From an uncultured Dactylococcopsis sp. (lineage in GTDB: Bacteria; Cyanobacteriota; Cyanobacteriia; Cyanobacteriales; Rubidibacteraceae): a DNA stretch of 59,423 nt. Shown piece by piece: positions 10,660 to 21,104 of the stretch. The first letter of the stretch is position 1. Each line of letters opens with the position of its first letter. The stretch covers positions 1 through 59,423 of the forward strand of contig CAZAYV010000002.1 of NCBI GenBank assembly GCA_964489465.1, given 5' to 3'. Below the pieces are notes generated by a model. It worked only from the letters and a program-made list of their open reading frames with translations. It was not told where the DNA came from and ran no database searches. The position numbers and the translations under genes are program-made.

Positions 10660-11019
10660 TCAAATTAACGAAGCTGAACCTTCTAGTTGATTGAGCCATT
10701 CTCTAGCAGAATCGTGGGAAAGAGGACGACTTAACAAGGGATTCGCCAGTTCAAAAATGACCTCGTCAACCATCTCTTCAAAGTCGCTTTCGTATTCAAT
10801 ATCCTCGCGTCCTTCAATGGCATTTGCCCAATTCTCTACATCTAATGATGACAGTTGACCGTCGAGATATCGTCTTAAAACATTAACAATCTGCTGTTTT
10901 TTGAGAATCACAAGTCCTCTTGCACTATCCCAACTATAGGAATTGAGCGGCTGACAAATTTCTGATAAAGGTCGATCGAAGTTTAAAAGTGAATTGAGGA
11001 GTTCGACTCTAGTTTTCAT
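10660..11019 (-). CDS. Putative immunity protein (119 aa, acidic)
   Basis: Translationally coupled (ATGA overlap) downstream of a toxin-like ORF; VENWANAIEGREDI motif. Confidence 0.55.
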   Translation of the reverse strand: MKTRVELLNSLLNFDRPLSEICQPLNSYSWDSARGLVILKKQQIVNVLRRYLDGQLSSLDVENWANAIEGREDIEYESDFEEMVDEVIFELANPLLSRPLSHDSAREWLNQLEGSASLI

Positions 11020-11279
11020 GGGTATTTTTGCTTGACATGGACAATGCTACCATCAGCAGCGTAAGTAGTTTTAGTGTACAAAATCGTTATCCCTACTGCA
11101 TCTACTTGTTTTTCATAGGTGGCAAAAGACCCCGGAATATTTCTGGCGGGGACATCTGCTTGGAAGGCTTTTCCGCCATTAGGAAGATCGTAGATTCTTA
11201 CTGGACTGGCACTTTTGGGTAAACGTTGCTGAAAACGAGCAAGATTATAGATTTGTTTGGCGTTTAACGAGCTCGCCAT
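11016..11279 (-). CDS. Orphan polymorphic-toxin C-terminal-domain-like protein
   Basis: Basic ~87 aa protein; DLPNGGKAFQADVP..PGSFATYEKQVD..G.T..YTKTTY..DGSIVHVK resembles RHS/CdiA toxin tips as recalled; ORF could extend to 11336. Confidence 0.55.
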   Translation of the reverse strand: MASSLNAKQIYNLARFQQRLPKSASPVRIYDLPNGGKAFQADVPARNIPGSFATYEKQVDAVGITILYTKTTYAADGSIVHVKQKYP

Positions 11280-11505
11280 TTGCTTTCGGTGTCTGTTTGA
11301 CTCCGGATAACTGAACCATTGTCCGTCATCACGCAATTATATTAACGAATTAGCAGAAGAAAGCTGGGTCAAAAGCCAAGGATGCGCGATCGCGCATCCA
11401 ATTCAGGGGTTTGCCGGTTATCCACTGCAAAGGCGCGATGACTTCGCCGGATCACGTAGCAAACATCCCGTGACAACAAAAGCTTAACTTTCCGATTCCA
11501 AACCT

Positions 11506-13302
11506 TTATCTGCCGTTTTCCTTTAACGAAAATTCATCAAATTTCACGACCTGAGAATTGGGCTGACGAGTATCAAAATAGTAGCTGCTGACCGTTTGAG
11601 TCTCAGTGTCTAAAATACTAAACGCTGTAATGTCATTGCTGGCAAGATAAGGTAATTTCTGACCATCATCGCTCAAAGGAGCAACGGTTGGTACAACCGG
11701 TTTTAAGCCATTGGGATCTCCAGTTAGGGCATATTGCTCTTGATATTCTTCAGGAACATTACGTTGTTGATCCTCCCAATGCGCCCCATAAGTATTCCCC
11801 ACATTTGATGATTCTAAATAATGGGTTGGTCCGGATTGGAAACGATTCCACAGATGAGAATGACCAAAATAGACCAAATCGACACCCGCTGATTCCAGTA
11901 AAGGAACAACATCGCGAATTAAATAATCTTGATTGGGGGGATATTGATAGCGAATGGCTTGAATCTTTTCTGAGGCATCTTGTTGGATGATTTGCTCGGG
12001 ATCGGTATAAGGCGGAACCACATTTCCTCCCAAAGAATGGGGAGGATGGTGAAGCATGACAATCCTATATTTGGCCCGTTGGAACGGTCGGCTTTGGACT
12101 TCTTGTTCCAACCATTGATATTGGGGAGTTCCTTTGGCAATGGGTTCAAAGATGATTTGTCCGTATCCCCAAGCTTCAGGATCGTTTAAGTTAGCTTCCG
12201 CTTCGTGATACTTCCCGTTGGCATTGGCATCGAGAGACGGTTTCCGCCACATATTGGTTGCGTAGAGAACGACCAGGCGAATGTCACCAAAGGTCGTGGC
12301 GTAGTATTTTTCTTCTCCCGGGATGCTTTGAGGAAGCGTGAAGATTTCTTGGTAGGTATCAGTATTGTAAGAATTCGCTTTAATCCAGTTTGCTTTAACC
12401 TTGGGGTCTTGCCGAGAATTGATCGTTTGGGCGTTTTGTTGGTAAAGTTTTTCTGCAACTGCTTTCGGAAACGCATCATTAAATTGCTGGTTGAGGCTGG
12501 CTGATCCGGAAAAACGTCCCATTACTTCATGATTGCCGATCGCGGTATATAAAGGAGCGTGTTGAATGAGTTCGCCGCCGTTATAAGTGGTTTCGGTCTC
12601 GTTTTTTTCCAATTGATAGTTGGCATTCCCTTGTAAACAAGGAAAAAAAGCACCGCCGCGGCTGTCGTCAAACCATTCCGAGGCGCGATCGGGAACATTC
12701 ACCAGATCCCCGGCGACCAATACCGCATCGATTTGGGGAATCGTTTCCGCAACTTTCTGTAAATTAGCAGCTGTCATCGGCTTTTGCTGATGGTCGGACG
12801 TGAGTAAAATCTTCAGCGGTTTTCCTGGCGGTGGTGCGGGAGATAAGCTAAACTGACGGCTTCTCAGCGTTTGACCGTCTTCTTTCTTGCTGGTTATGTA
12901 GTAAGGAACCCGTTCCTCAGCAGAGAGATTAGTGGCTTGTGCTTCATGACGCCAGATTTCTCGAAAGAGGGGTTCTTGGGAGACTTCGCTGCTGAAATGA
13001 GGGACATGGGACTCTTGATCCTCGCGAACGCGGGTCAGTTTTTGCGTCGTTGCTGTGACTGTTTGTTCTGGGGAATTGCCATAGGTTAAAGTATGCTCGA
13101 TTCCTGGAAATTCCGTAAACCAAATCACCCGTACCGAATCGGCAGTCGGAAGTTGCAAAAAGGGGTCACTCAAGAGACCAGAATTGGGAGAATGATTAGG
13201 AGTAGACATATCTTGGGGGTCGCGATCGCTAACCAGGAAAATAGTAGCACTCACAATGGCAATGAGAAGGAATAGTGGCAGGAAATAGAAACGCGCCAAC
13301 AT
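11506..13302 (-). CDS. Exported metallophosphoesterase (purple acid phosphatase-like)
   Basis: N-terminal TM/signal; SDHQ, GDLV, GNHE, HHPP, GHSH metal-binding motifs. Confidence 0.85.
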   Translation of the reverse strand: MLARFYFLPLFLLIAIVSATIFLVSDRDPQDMSTPNHSPNSGLLSDPFLQLPTADSVRVIWFTEFPGIEHTLTYGNSPEQTVTATTQKLTRVREDQESHVPHFSSEVSQEPLFREIWRHEAQATNLSAEERVPYYITSKKEDGQTLRSRQFSLSPAPPPGKPLKILLTSDHQQKPMTAANLQKVAETIPQIDAVLVAGDLVNVPDRASEWFDDSRGGAFFPCLQGNANYQLEKNETETTYNGGELIQHAPLYTAIGNHEVMGRFSGSASLNQQFNDAFPKAVAEKLYQQNAQTINSRQDPKVKANWIKANSYNTDTYQEIFTLPQSIPGEEKYYATTFGDIRLVVLYATNMWRKPSLDANANGKYHEAEANLNDPEAWGYGQIIFEPIAKGTPQYQWLEQEVQSRPFQRAKYRIVMLHHPPHSLGGNVVPPYTDPEQIIQQDASEKIQAIRYQYPPNQDYLIRDVVPLLESAGVDLVYFGHSHLWNRFQSGPTHYLESSNVGNTYGAHWEDQQRNVPEEYQEQYALTGDPNGLKPVVPTVAPLSDDGQKLPYLASNDITAFSILDTETQTVSSYYFDTRQPNSQVVKFDEFSLKENGR

Positions 13303-13453
13303 AAGAGATTAAAGTGTTGGTCTTTAATGACATTACTTTAGACAAATTCTAGCTAATTAAAAATTAAGATTTAGGTTTTGGCTCATCGATTGCATTTTTA
13401 ACTAAATAGTTATATAGTGTATATGCATTATTGCTTAAACACCATATTTCGTC

Positions 13454-13858
13454 TTGGATTCAAACGAAAGCCAAAACAATGGCTATAAATTCGGACAAGA
13501 AGAAGAAACTTACAACATTGTTGCCGCCCACGGTTACTTTGGTCGCTTAATCTTCCAATATGTCAGCTTTAATAACAGCCGTAGCCTGCACTTTTTCCTC
13601 GCTGCTTGGCCCGTCATTGGCATTTGGTTTGCTGCAATGGCGGTTTCTTCCTTTGCCTTTAATATCAGCGGATTTAACTTCAATCAATCTGTTTTAGATA
13701 GCCAAGGTCGTGTGCTTCATACTTGGGCTGATGTTTTAAACCGGGCAAACCTAGGAATTGAAGTGATGCACGAGCGTAATGTACACAACTTCCCGTTAGA
13801 TTTAGCGACTGGCGAAGCCATACCAGTTGCCATGCAAGCCCCTGACATCATTAGTTAA
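13454..13858 (+). pseudogene. psbA: 5'-truncated psbA (D1 residues ~228-360), micro-oxic D1'-type
   Basis: [27 protein letters not shown]...[13 protein letters not shown]; in-frame TAA at 13436 and no upstream D1 sequence. Confidence 0.9.
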
Positions 13859-13910
13859 TTATTGTCAAGCACTAGAACTTCGATTTTTCCCTCTTCTACG
13901 GAAGGGGGAT

Positions 13911-15614
13911 TTAATGATTGATGTTCCGCCATTGTTGGCTTTGCTTGCGGTTCGTGTGCAGTTCTAAGACTCGTATGCCTGTTTTGGGTAAAGGGTCTAA
14001 TAATATGCTTAATTCTTGCCAGTTGCTAATGAGTTTATGTTCAATATCGTAAGTTGCACAGAGCTTAGAAAAGTCAATATTTTGAGGTGTGGCAAAATAG
14101 TCTTCAAATACATCGGGAAATTCAGCAATTGGGAGCATCTCGAAAATCCCACCCCCATTATTATTGACTAAAACAATGGTGAGATGGCCTTGGAAGTGGT
14201 GACGAGATAAAAAACCATTACTATCATGAAGCAGCGCTAAATCCCCAGTTAAACAAACCGCACTTTTGTGGTTGTGAGCAATGCCTAAGGCAGTAGAAAG
14301 GGTGCCATCAATGCCATTTGCTCCCCGATTAAATAGGGGATAAATTTGACGTTGATTGGGTTGCCAGAACCACTCGACATCCCGAACCGGCAAACTATTG
14401 GCAATCAATAACAGTGTATTTTTAGGGAGAGTTTGGGATAGAAACCAGGCAATCTTCGGTTCAATCAGTTCTTCGGTCTCACTGAACCGATGATCGATTC
14501 GCGATCGCGTTGTTTCTTCCAAGGATAACCACTGTTTTTGGTAAGCGGATAAAGCAGGTAAAGCAGTGGGAAGCGGACCAAGATTACAAATTGTCGTGTG
14601 TAGAGGAATTGTTTTCTGATGCAGCGGATCGAGGTTCTCTCCTCGGTCGTTAATCAGCCAAGATTGAGGAGAAATTTGATCTAACCAACGGCGCAGGGTT
14701 TTGCTAGTGGGAAAGGCACCAATTTGGATGACCATTTCTGGTGTGAGAGTCGCAGCAGCCTCTGGATCGCGCAAAATAAAATCATAAGTCGAAATCAGGT
14801 TCGGAACCAGATGAGCGTAGTTTCTAACCGGAGAGAGTCCTTCGGCTAAGACAACCCAGCCCAAACAATTGGCTAAATGCGCGATCGCGCGACAATACGC
14901 TTCGGGGTCTAAGGGTTGATCCACCCCAGCAACAATAATCCCCCGCTCACAGCTTTGCCAAGTCTTCCACGGTAAAGGCTGTTGCAGGCTCGGGGTAACC
15001 GGCGGAACCAGATGGGAGAAGAACCCTTGAAAGTCGGAAGCAGTCGGTTCGAGGGGATCCTCTTCGATTGGCGCCAGGGGATCGCAAAACGGACAATTAA
15101 GATGAACCGCACCCGCAAGGGGAAAGCGCGATCGCGCCACTGCCTGCACTAGGGTTTGTCGCAAATAGCGTAAGGCTGCCATCTCAGCACTAGGCAATGC
15201 CAACTCTGCCTGCCAACTGGGATAATTGCCATACAGTCGCTGTTGATCAATCGTTTGTCCACTGTGACAATGACGCAATGCTGGCGGACGATCTGCGGTG
15301 AGAACCAGCAAGGGAACCCCACTTTCCCTCGCTTCAATCACAGCGGGATAAAAATTTGCCCCTGCTGTGCCCGAGGTACACACTAAAGCAGTGGGCATCC
15401 CGGTTATTTTCCCTCTCCCCAACGCAAAAAATGCGGCGGAACGTTCATCCAAAATCGGAATTGCTTCAATGGCAGGATGTTTAGCAAATGCCACTGTAAG
15501 AGGGCTAGAGCGAGACCCCGGACAAACCACTGCTGTGGTAACGCCTAAGCAAGAGAGCGTTTCCACTAACACTGAACTCCAGAGTGTATTCACATTACGA
15601 AAATCCAAATTCAT
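13911..15614 (-). CDS. menD: 2-succinyl-5-enolpyruvyl-6-hydroxy-3-cyclohexene-1-carboxylate synthase
   Basis: CPGSRSSPL, DERSAAFFALG, NRGANGIDG, GDLALLHD, NNNGGGIF. Confidence 0.95.
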   Translation of the reverse strand: MNLDFRNVNTLWSSVLVETLSCLGVTTAVVCPGSRSSPLTVAFAKHPAIEAIPILDERSAAFFALGRGKITGMPTALVCTSGTAGANFYPAVIEARESGVPLLVLTADRPPALRHCHSGQTIDQQRLYGNYPSWQAELALPSAEMAALRYLRQTLVQAVARSRFPLAGAVHLNCPFCDPLAPIEEDPLEPTASDFQGFFSHLVPPVTPSLQQPLPWKTWQSCERGIIVAGVDQPLDPEAYCRAIAHLANCLGWVVLAEGLSPVRNYAHLVPNLISTYDFILRDPEAAATLTPEMVIQIGAFPTSKTLRRWLDQISPQSWLINDRGENLDPLHQKTIPLHTTICNLGPLPTALPALSAYQKQWLSLEETTRSRIDHRFSETEELIEPKIAWFLSQTLPKNTLLLIANSLPVRDVEWFWQPNQRQIYPLFNRGANGIDGTLSTALGIAHNHKSAVCLTGDLALLHDSNGFLSRHHFQGHLTIVLVNNNGGGIFEMLPIAEFPDVFEDYFATPQNIDFSKLCATYDIEHKLISNWQELSILLDPLPKTGIRVLELHTNRKQSQQWRNINH

Positions 15615-15655
15615 TGGTTATTAGTCATTAGTCATTAGTCATTGGTCACTGGTCA
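15614..15655. repeat. STRR2-like heptamer tandem repeat (TT[A/G]GTCA, ~6 units)
   Basis: ttggtta ttagtca ttagtca ttagtca ttggtca ctggtca. Confidence 0.8.
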
Positions 15656-15660
15656 CTGCT

Positions 15661-16416
<756 letters not shown>

Positions 16417-16576
16417 CTAATTAATCTTTATCTTAAATCCAATGAGCAACCTCTAGCGTCCTAGAAATCGCGACAAAAATCAATAGAAAAAGTGTGATTA
16501 GTTACTTGATGCACCCCGGAATCCGATACAATCAAAACAACTTTTTCAGTTCTAATTTGTCTTGTGGTGTGTTTTT

Positions 16577-17932
16577 TTGGAGGATAGACCCATTAATTTA
16601 CCAACTGATACCCAACCCCCTTCCGTTCTCAAGATTTGGGGCGAAACCCACTTAAAAGGGCATGTCACCATTAGCGGGGCAAAAAATTCGGCTTTAGCGA
16701 TTATGGCAGGAACCCTCTTGTGTCCGGGTGAATGCCGTTTGCGGAATATCCCGTCTCTTGTTGATATTAATCACATGGGAGATGTTTTATCGAGTTTGGG
16801 ACTTAAGCTAAACCGCGACAGCGATACACTCGATATTAACGCTCAAGACGTTACGACTTCTAAACCTCCCTATGAACTGGTTTCGCGTTTACGAGCCAGT
16901 TTTTTTGTCATTGGTCCCCTATTAACCCGTTTAGGCGTGGCACGAGTGCCGTTACCTGGCGGTTGCGCGATCGGAGCCCGTCCGGTTGATCTCCATGTCC
17001 GAGGCTTAGAAGCCATGGGGGCAAAAGTCCGTATTGAACATGGCATTGTTTATGCCGATATTCCGGGCCGTCAAAATCGCCTCCAAGGTGCAGAGATTTA
17101 TCTCGATTATCCCAGTGTCGGTGCCACGGAAACCATCTTAATGGCTGCTACGCTTGCGGAAGGGGAAACCCGCATTGAAAATGCGGCTCGCGAACCGGAA
17201 GTGGTTGATTTAGCCAACTTCTGCATTGCGATGGGAGCGAAAATTCAAGGGGCAGGAACCAACACAATTACGATCTCTGGGGTTAAATCCCTGCATAGTG
17301 TAGATTATCCGGTGATTCCCGACCGCATTGAAGCAGGCACTTTTCTAGTTGCGGGTGCCATTACCCATTCTGAAATTTCCTTATCACCGGTGATTCCCGA
17401 GCATTTAACCCCTGTGATTGCTAAATTACGAGGGATGGGGGTACAAATTCTTAACGATGCACCGAACTGCTTACGTCTGGTTCCGGGTCCGCTTCACGGT
17501 ACCGATATTGAAACCCTGCCTTATCCGGGTTTCCCCACTGATATGCAAGCCCAACTCATGGCACTGCTCGCCCTCAGCGAAGGAGATAGCGTGATTACAG
17601 AAACCGTATTTGAAAATCGTCTCCGTCATGTTGCTGAATTTAAACGCATGGGGGCAGATATTCGCCTGAAAGGTCAGCAAGCAATTATTCGGGGGGTTTC
17701 CATGTTGACCGGTGCCCCAGTTTTCGCCACTGATTTACGGGCTTCTGCTGCGCTAGTGGTTGCCGGGTTAGCAGCCAAGGGGATAACGACCATTCAAGGG
17801 CTACATCATCTTGATCGGGGTTACGATAATCTTGAAGAAAAGTTAAGCAGACTGGGGGCAAAATTACAACGCGTCAGCATTGAGGAAACCGATCTTCGTG
17901 CAGAAGACTTGCTTGAAGCAGAGAAAGGCTAA
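16577..17932 (+). CDS. murA: UDP-N-acetylglucosamine 1-carboxyvinyltransferase (start uncertain: TTG 16577 or ATT 16592)
   Basis: [38 protein letters not shown]. Confidence 0.95.
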   Translation: MEDRPINLPTDTQPPSVLKIWGETHLKGHVTISGAKNSALAIMAGTLLCPGECRLRNIPSLVDINHMGDVLSSLGLKLNRDSDTLDINAQDVTTSKPPYELVSRLRASFFVIGPLLTRLGVARVPLPGGCAIGARPVDLHVRGLEAMGAKVRIEHGIVYADIPGRQNRLQGAEIYLDYPSVGATETILMAATLAEGETRIENAAREPEVVDLANFCIAMGAKIQGAGTNTITISGVKSLHSVDYPVIPDRIEAGTFLVAGAITHSEISLSPVIPEHLTPVIAKLRGMGVQILNDAPNCLRLVPGPLHGTDIETLPYPGFPTDMQAQLMALLALSEGDSVITETVFENRLRHVAEFKRMGADIRLKGQQAIIRGVSMLTGAPVFATDLRASAALVVAGLAAKGITTIQGLHHLDRGYDNLEEKLSRLGAKLQRVSIEETDLRAEDLLEAEKG

Positions 17933-18109
17933 TTTCCTATCATGTGAGCTGAGTGGGTGGCAAAAGAAGATGGGGAAGTTAAGGGGCGTTTCGAGTTCCA
18001 ATTTGCCCTTTTCTTTGTTTCCGCTCAGCTTGGGATTAGGCATAATTAGGCATAATAGAGGTAAGATGCTTTTTTTCCTTTTGCTAGATTAGTTTCCCCC
18101 TGCTCAACG

Positions 18110-18613
18110 ATGACAGTAACAGAAAGCCACACCCAGCAAACGTATCGTCAAGAGGAAGTTCAAGAAATCTTGCAACTCGCGATCGCGCAACAGGCCAATC
18201 AAGGAGAATTCACTCGCGATCAACTCTTTGAAATGGCGACCGAGTTAGATATTCCTTTGACAACCATCCAAGCTGCCGAAAAAGCCTGGTTAGACCAGCA
18301 ACTTGAAGCGCAAAAACGTAAAGCCTTTGATAACTATCGTTGGCATCAAATTAAGCAAAAAGTTGGCAAATATCTCATTGCGAATGCCTTTCTCGTTACC
18401 CTTGATCTCCTCAAAGACAGCACCCTAAATTGGTCACTATTTATCCTCTTAATTTGGGGACTCTTTCTTTCTCTAGAAGTTTGGAAAGCCTATCACCTCG
18501 AAGGAGAAGAATATGACCGCGCTTTTGAAAGCTGGAAGCGTAAATATGAACTGCGACGTTCGGCGAAAATGCTTTGGCAAACGTTTAAGGAAAAATTAGC
18601 GAGTCATTCTTGA
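18110..18613 (+). CDS. 2TM domain-containing membrane protein
   Basis: YRQEEVQEILQLAIA N-terminus, two TM helices with W..WGL. Confidence 0.7.
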   Translation: MTVTESHTQQTYRQEEVQEILQLAIAQQANQGEFTRDQLFEMATELDIPLTTIQAAEKAWLDQQLEAQKRKAFDNYRWHQIKQKVGKYLIANAFLVTLDLLKDSTLNWSLFILLIWGLFLSLEVWKAYHLEGEEYDRAFESWKRKYELRRSAKMLWQTFKEKLASHS

Positions 18614-20037
18614 ATCATTCCTGATTGATGATTAATAATACCCTCTCGTTCTAAAACACTTGCCAGTCGCAATAACAACGCTTCATTATAAGGAGAAGCA
18701 ATCAGTTGCACTCCCAGGGGAAGAGTGCCAGGGGTATAAATAGGAACTGATAAAACCGGTAGCCCGACAAACGAAATCGGTTGCGTAAAGCGTCCGAGAT
18801 GAGGACGAACTTTTACCGTTTCTCCAGCAATTTCAATTGTTTTTTGCCCTAATTTCGGTGCCACACAAGGCGTTGTTGGCGCGAGAATAATATCAAACTG
18901 TTGAAAGACTTCTCGCAGACGATCGCGATACCAACTCCGAAATCGCTGCGCCTGATGATACCACTGACTCGGAATTAAAGCTCCAGCAAGAAAGCGATCG
19001 CGCGTTGCCGGATCAAAGTCTTGGGGGCGTGACTTTAAGGCAGCTAAGTGTTGAGACGCGCCTTCGGTTGCGGTAATAATATAAGCCGCTGCTTTCGCCC
19101 GTTCCGATTCCGGTAGCGTTACGCGCTTAGCAGTTCCCAATACTCTTGCCAGTTGCTCTACGGCTGCTAGGGCTTCCGGTTGTGCCCCTGTGGCAAAATA
19201 TCCATCTGCTACGGCTACTCGCACATCGCGAATTCCTAAATTCAGCTGCGGTAAACAAGGTTCTGGGGGATGCTTCGTCAACACCGGATCCTCAATATCT
19301 TCTCCTTGCAGTAAATCCATGACTGTTGCCAAATCCCGCACTGATCGCGCAAAAATGCCCAGGTGGTCGAGACTGTCACTGAGTAAAACGGTTCCCGCCC
19401 GCGACAGTCGTCCGTAGGTTGGTTTTAGCCCATACACCCCACATAAGGCAGCGGGAACCCGCACCGAACCATTGGTATCGGAACCGAGGGCAAGGGGAAG
19501 TAATCCTGCTGCCACTGCGGCTGCTGAAGCCCCAGAGGAACCGCCGGCAATGCGAGAGGAATCATAGGGATTCGGGGTTGCGCCATAATGACTGTTTTCG
19601 GTAACAAAGCCGTAGGCATATTCATCCATATTCAATGCCCCGACTAAAACCGCCCCCGCTTGCTTTAAGCGCGCGACCGCCGTCGCATCTTTAGTCGCCG
19701 GCGGCTGTTCGGCGTTAATCTTTGCCCCTGCTAAAGTCGTCAGCCCAGCAATATCAAATAAATTCTTCACCCCAAACGGAACGCCTGTCAGAATTCCCAA
19801 CGGACTCCCTTGCTCGATATAACGATCAATCGTGTGGGCTTGCTTCTGCGCTGCCTGCTGAGTAATCGTCGTAAAACAATTCCGCGCCGGATTTTCCGCC
19901 TCAATGCGAGCGAGGATTGCTGTAATAACTTCTGTTGCCGTGTAGTGGCGATGACGAATCGCCTGCGCGATCGCGACGGCATCAAGGGTTTTCCAATCGG
20001 CATCCATAGGGAAACACCCCAACTGCTTCACTTGCAT
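18604..20037 (-). CDS. AtzE-family amidase (amidase signature)
   Basis: GVPFGVKNLFD, NMDEYAYGF, GGSSGAS, GSDTNGSVR, FDPATRDR; start may be ATG 20007. Confidence 0.85.
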   Translation of the reverse strand: MQVKQLGCFPMDADWKTLDAVAIAQAIRHRHYTATEVITAILARIEAENPARNCFTTITQQAAQKQAHTIDRYIEQGSPLGILTGVPFGVKNLFDIAGLTTLAGAKINAEQPPATKDATAVARLKQAGAVLVGALNMDEYAYGFVTENSHYGATPNPYDSSRIAGGSSGASAAAVAAGLLPLALGSDTNGSVRVPAALCGVYGLKPTYGRLSRAGTVLLSDSLDHLGIFARSVRDLATVMDLLQGEDIEDPVLTKHPPEPCLPQLNLGIRDVRVAVADGYFATGAQPEALAAVEQLARVLGTAKRVTLPESERAKAAAYIITATEGASQHLAALKSRPQDFDPATRDRFLAGALIPSQWYHQAQRFRSWYRDRLREVFQQFDIILAPTTPCVAPKLGQKTIEIAGETVKVRPHLGRFTQPISFVGLPVLSVPIYTPGTLPLGVQLIASPYNEALLLRLASVLEREGIINHQSGMIQE

Positions 20038-20058
20038 GACTATACCATCATTTCTCCG

Positions 20059-20973
20059 TTAGCGGTTATTATTCCCAATTTGCTCCTCCCAAGCTGTCGA
20101 TTGCAGTAATCGCATTTCAATGCGACGACGACTTTCATCTTCACGGGTTTCCGGGGAAGTATCAAGGGTATGGTTCGGTTTGAGCATTTGACCGGCTGAA
20201 TAAGGGAGAAAATATTCAATTTGAGTTAATCGTCCTTCCCGTTGGGCTTGTTTGAAATAGCGAATAATGGCCAAGGCTCGCATCATCCCTAAATCAAGGT
20301 TGCTCCCAGGAACTAAACTCGGCGTTTCTTGTTGATTAAACGCACTGATGAGTGCTTCATCTAGATTAGATTGCCCACTATTAACCGGTAAACTATCCGT
20401 ATGTCCAATGACTTCCATGGCATCACAGTTACACTGTCGACTTTGACGCTCTAAAACGGGAATAATCCGGTTGTCTAATGCCCGTTGAAAGGCGGGGGAA
20501 ATTTCTGCTGATCCGACCGCAAACCGATAACTTTGATTCTGTTCCGAGAGAATAATAATTGGTGGACTTTCCGGTGTTTTTGCCAACGCTTCTCGTGCCT
20601 TGACTAACTGTTCTTGCAACTCGGAAACTTGTTCTGCTGTTGCTTCGGCTGCGGCCAATTTGGCTTCTAATTCCTCAACTTTTTCCGCTTCTTCTTGCAA
20701 CGATTCTACTTTTTTTTCCAAGGCAGATACTTCTGCTGCTGTGTCTCTAGCAGCAGCAAGTTGTCGTTGTAAACGGGGCACTTGATTGGCTGTCGCTTGC
20801 GCTTGTGCTAATTTTTTTTCTAATTCTGGCACTTGACTCGCCACACGCTCAGTTTGCAGTAAATCTAAGCGTAATAACACAAAAAAGATCACAAAAATAA
20901 AGGCGAGAAAAGAAAAAATTTCAGAATATTTTAGAAATTTGGGATTCATTACGCAAGTATGATGAAGGGGCAA
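20059..20973 (-). CDS. Membrane-anchored coiled-coil protein with OmpA/MotB-like C-terminal domain
   Basis: TM, five 17-aa repeats, EVIGHTD...NLDLGMMRA...RRIEMR. Confidence 0.75.
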   Translation of the reverse strand: MPLHHTCVMNPKFLKYSEIFSFLAFIFVIFFVLLRLDLLQTERVASQVPELEKKLAQAQATANQVPRLQRQLAAARDTAAEVSALEKKVESLQEEAEKVEELEAKLAAAEATAEQVSELQEQLVKAREALAKTPESPPIIILSEQNQSYRFAVGSAEISPAFQRALDNRIIPVLERQSRQCNCDAMEVIGHTDSLPVNSGQSNLDEALISAFNQQETPSLVPGSNLDLGMMRALAIIRYFKQAQREGRLTQIEYFLPYSAGQMLKPNHTLDTSPETREDESRRRIEMRLLQSTAWEEQIGNNNR

Positions 20974-21063
20974 CCAAAATTAATCATGAATGGGAAAAAG
21001 GATAACCAGCTTCCCAGAAGGAGAGGGGGAGACAAGGAGAATTTTTTATTGCCTATTCCCTAA

Positions 21064-21104
21064 TGACCAATGACCAATGACTAATGACTAATGACCAATG
21101 ACCA
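21064..21104. repeat. STRR2-like heptamer tandem repeat (TGAC[C/T]AA, ~6 units)
   Basis: tgaccaa tgaccaa tgactaa tgactaa tgaccaa tgacca. Confidence 0.8.

Noticed and set aside
20059-20973. Zorya (ZorB) anti-phage system
   Set aside because: No ZorA, ZorC, ZorD or ZorE neighbours; only a lone MotB-like domain.
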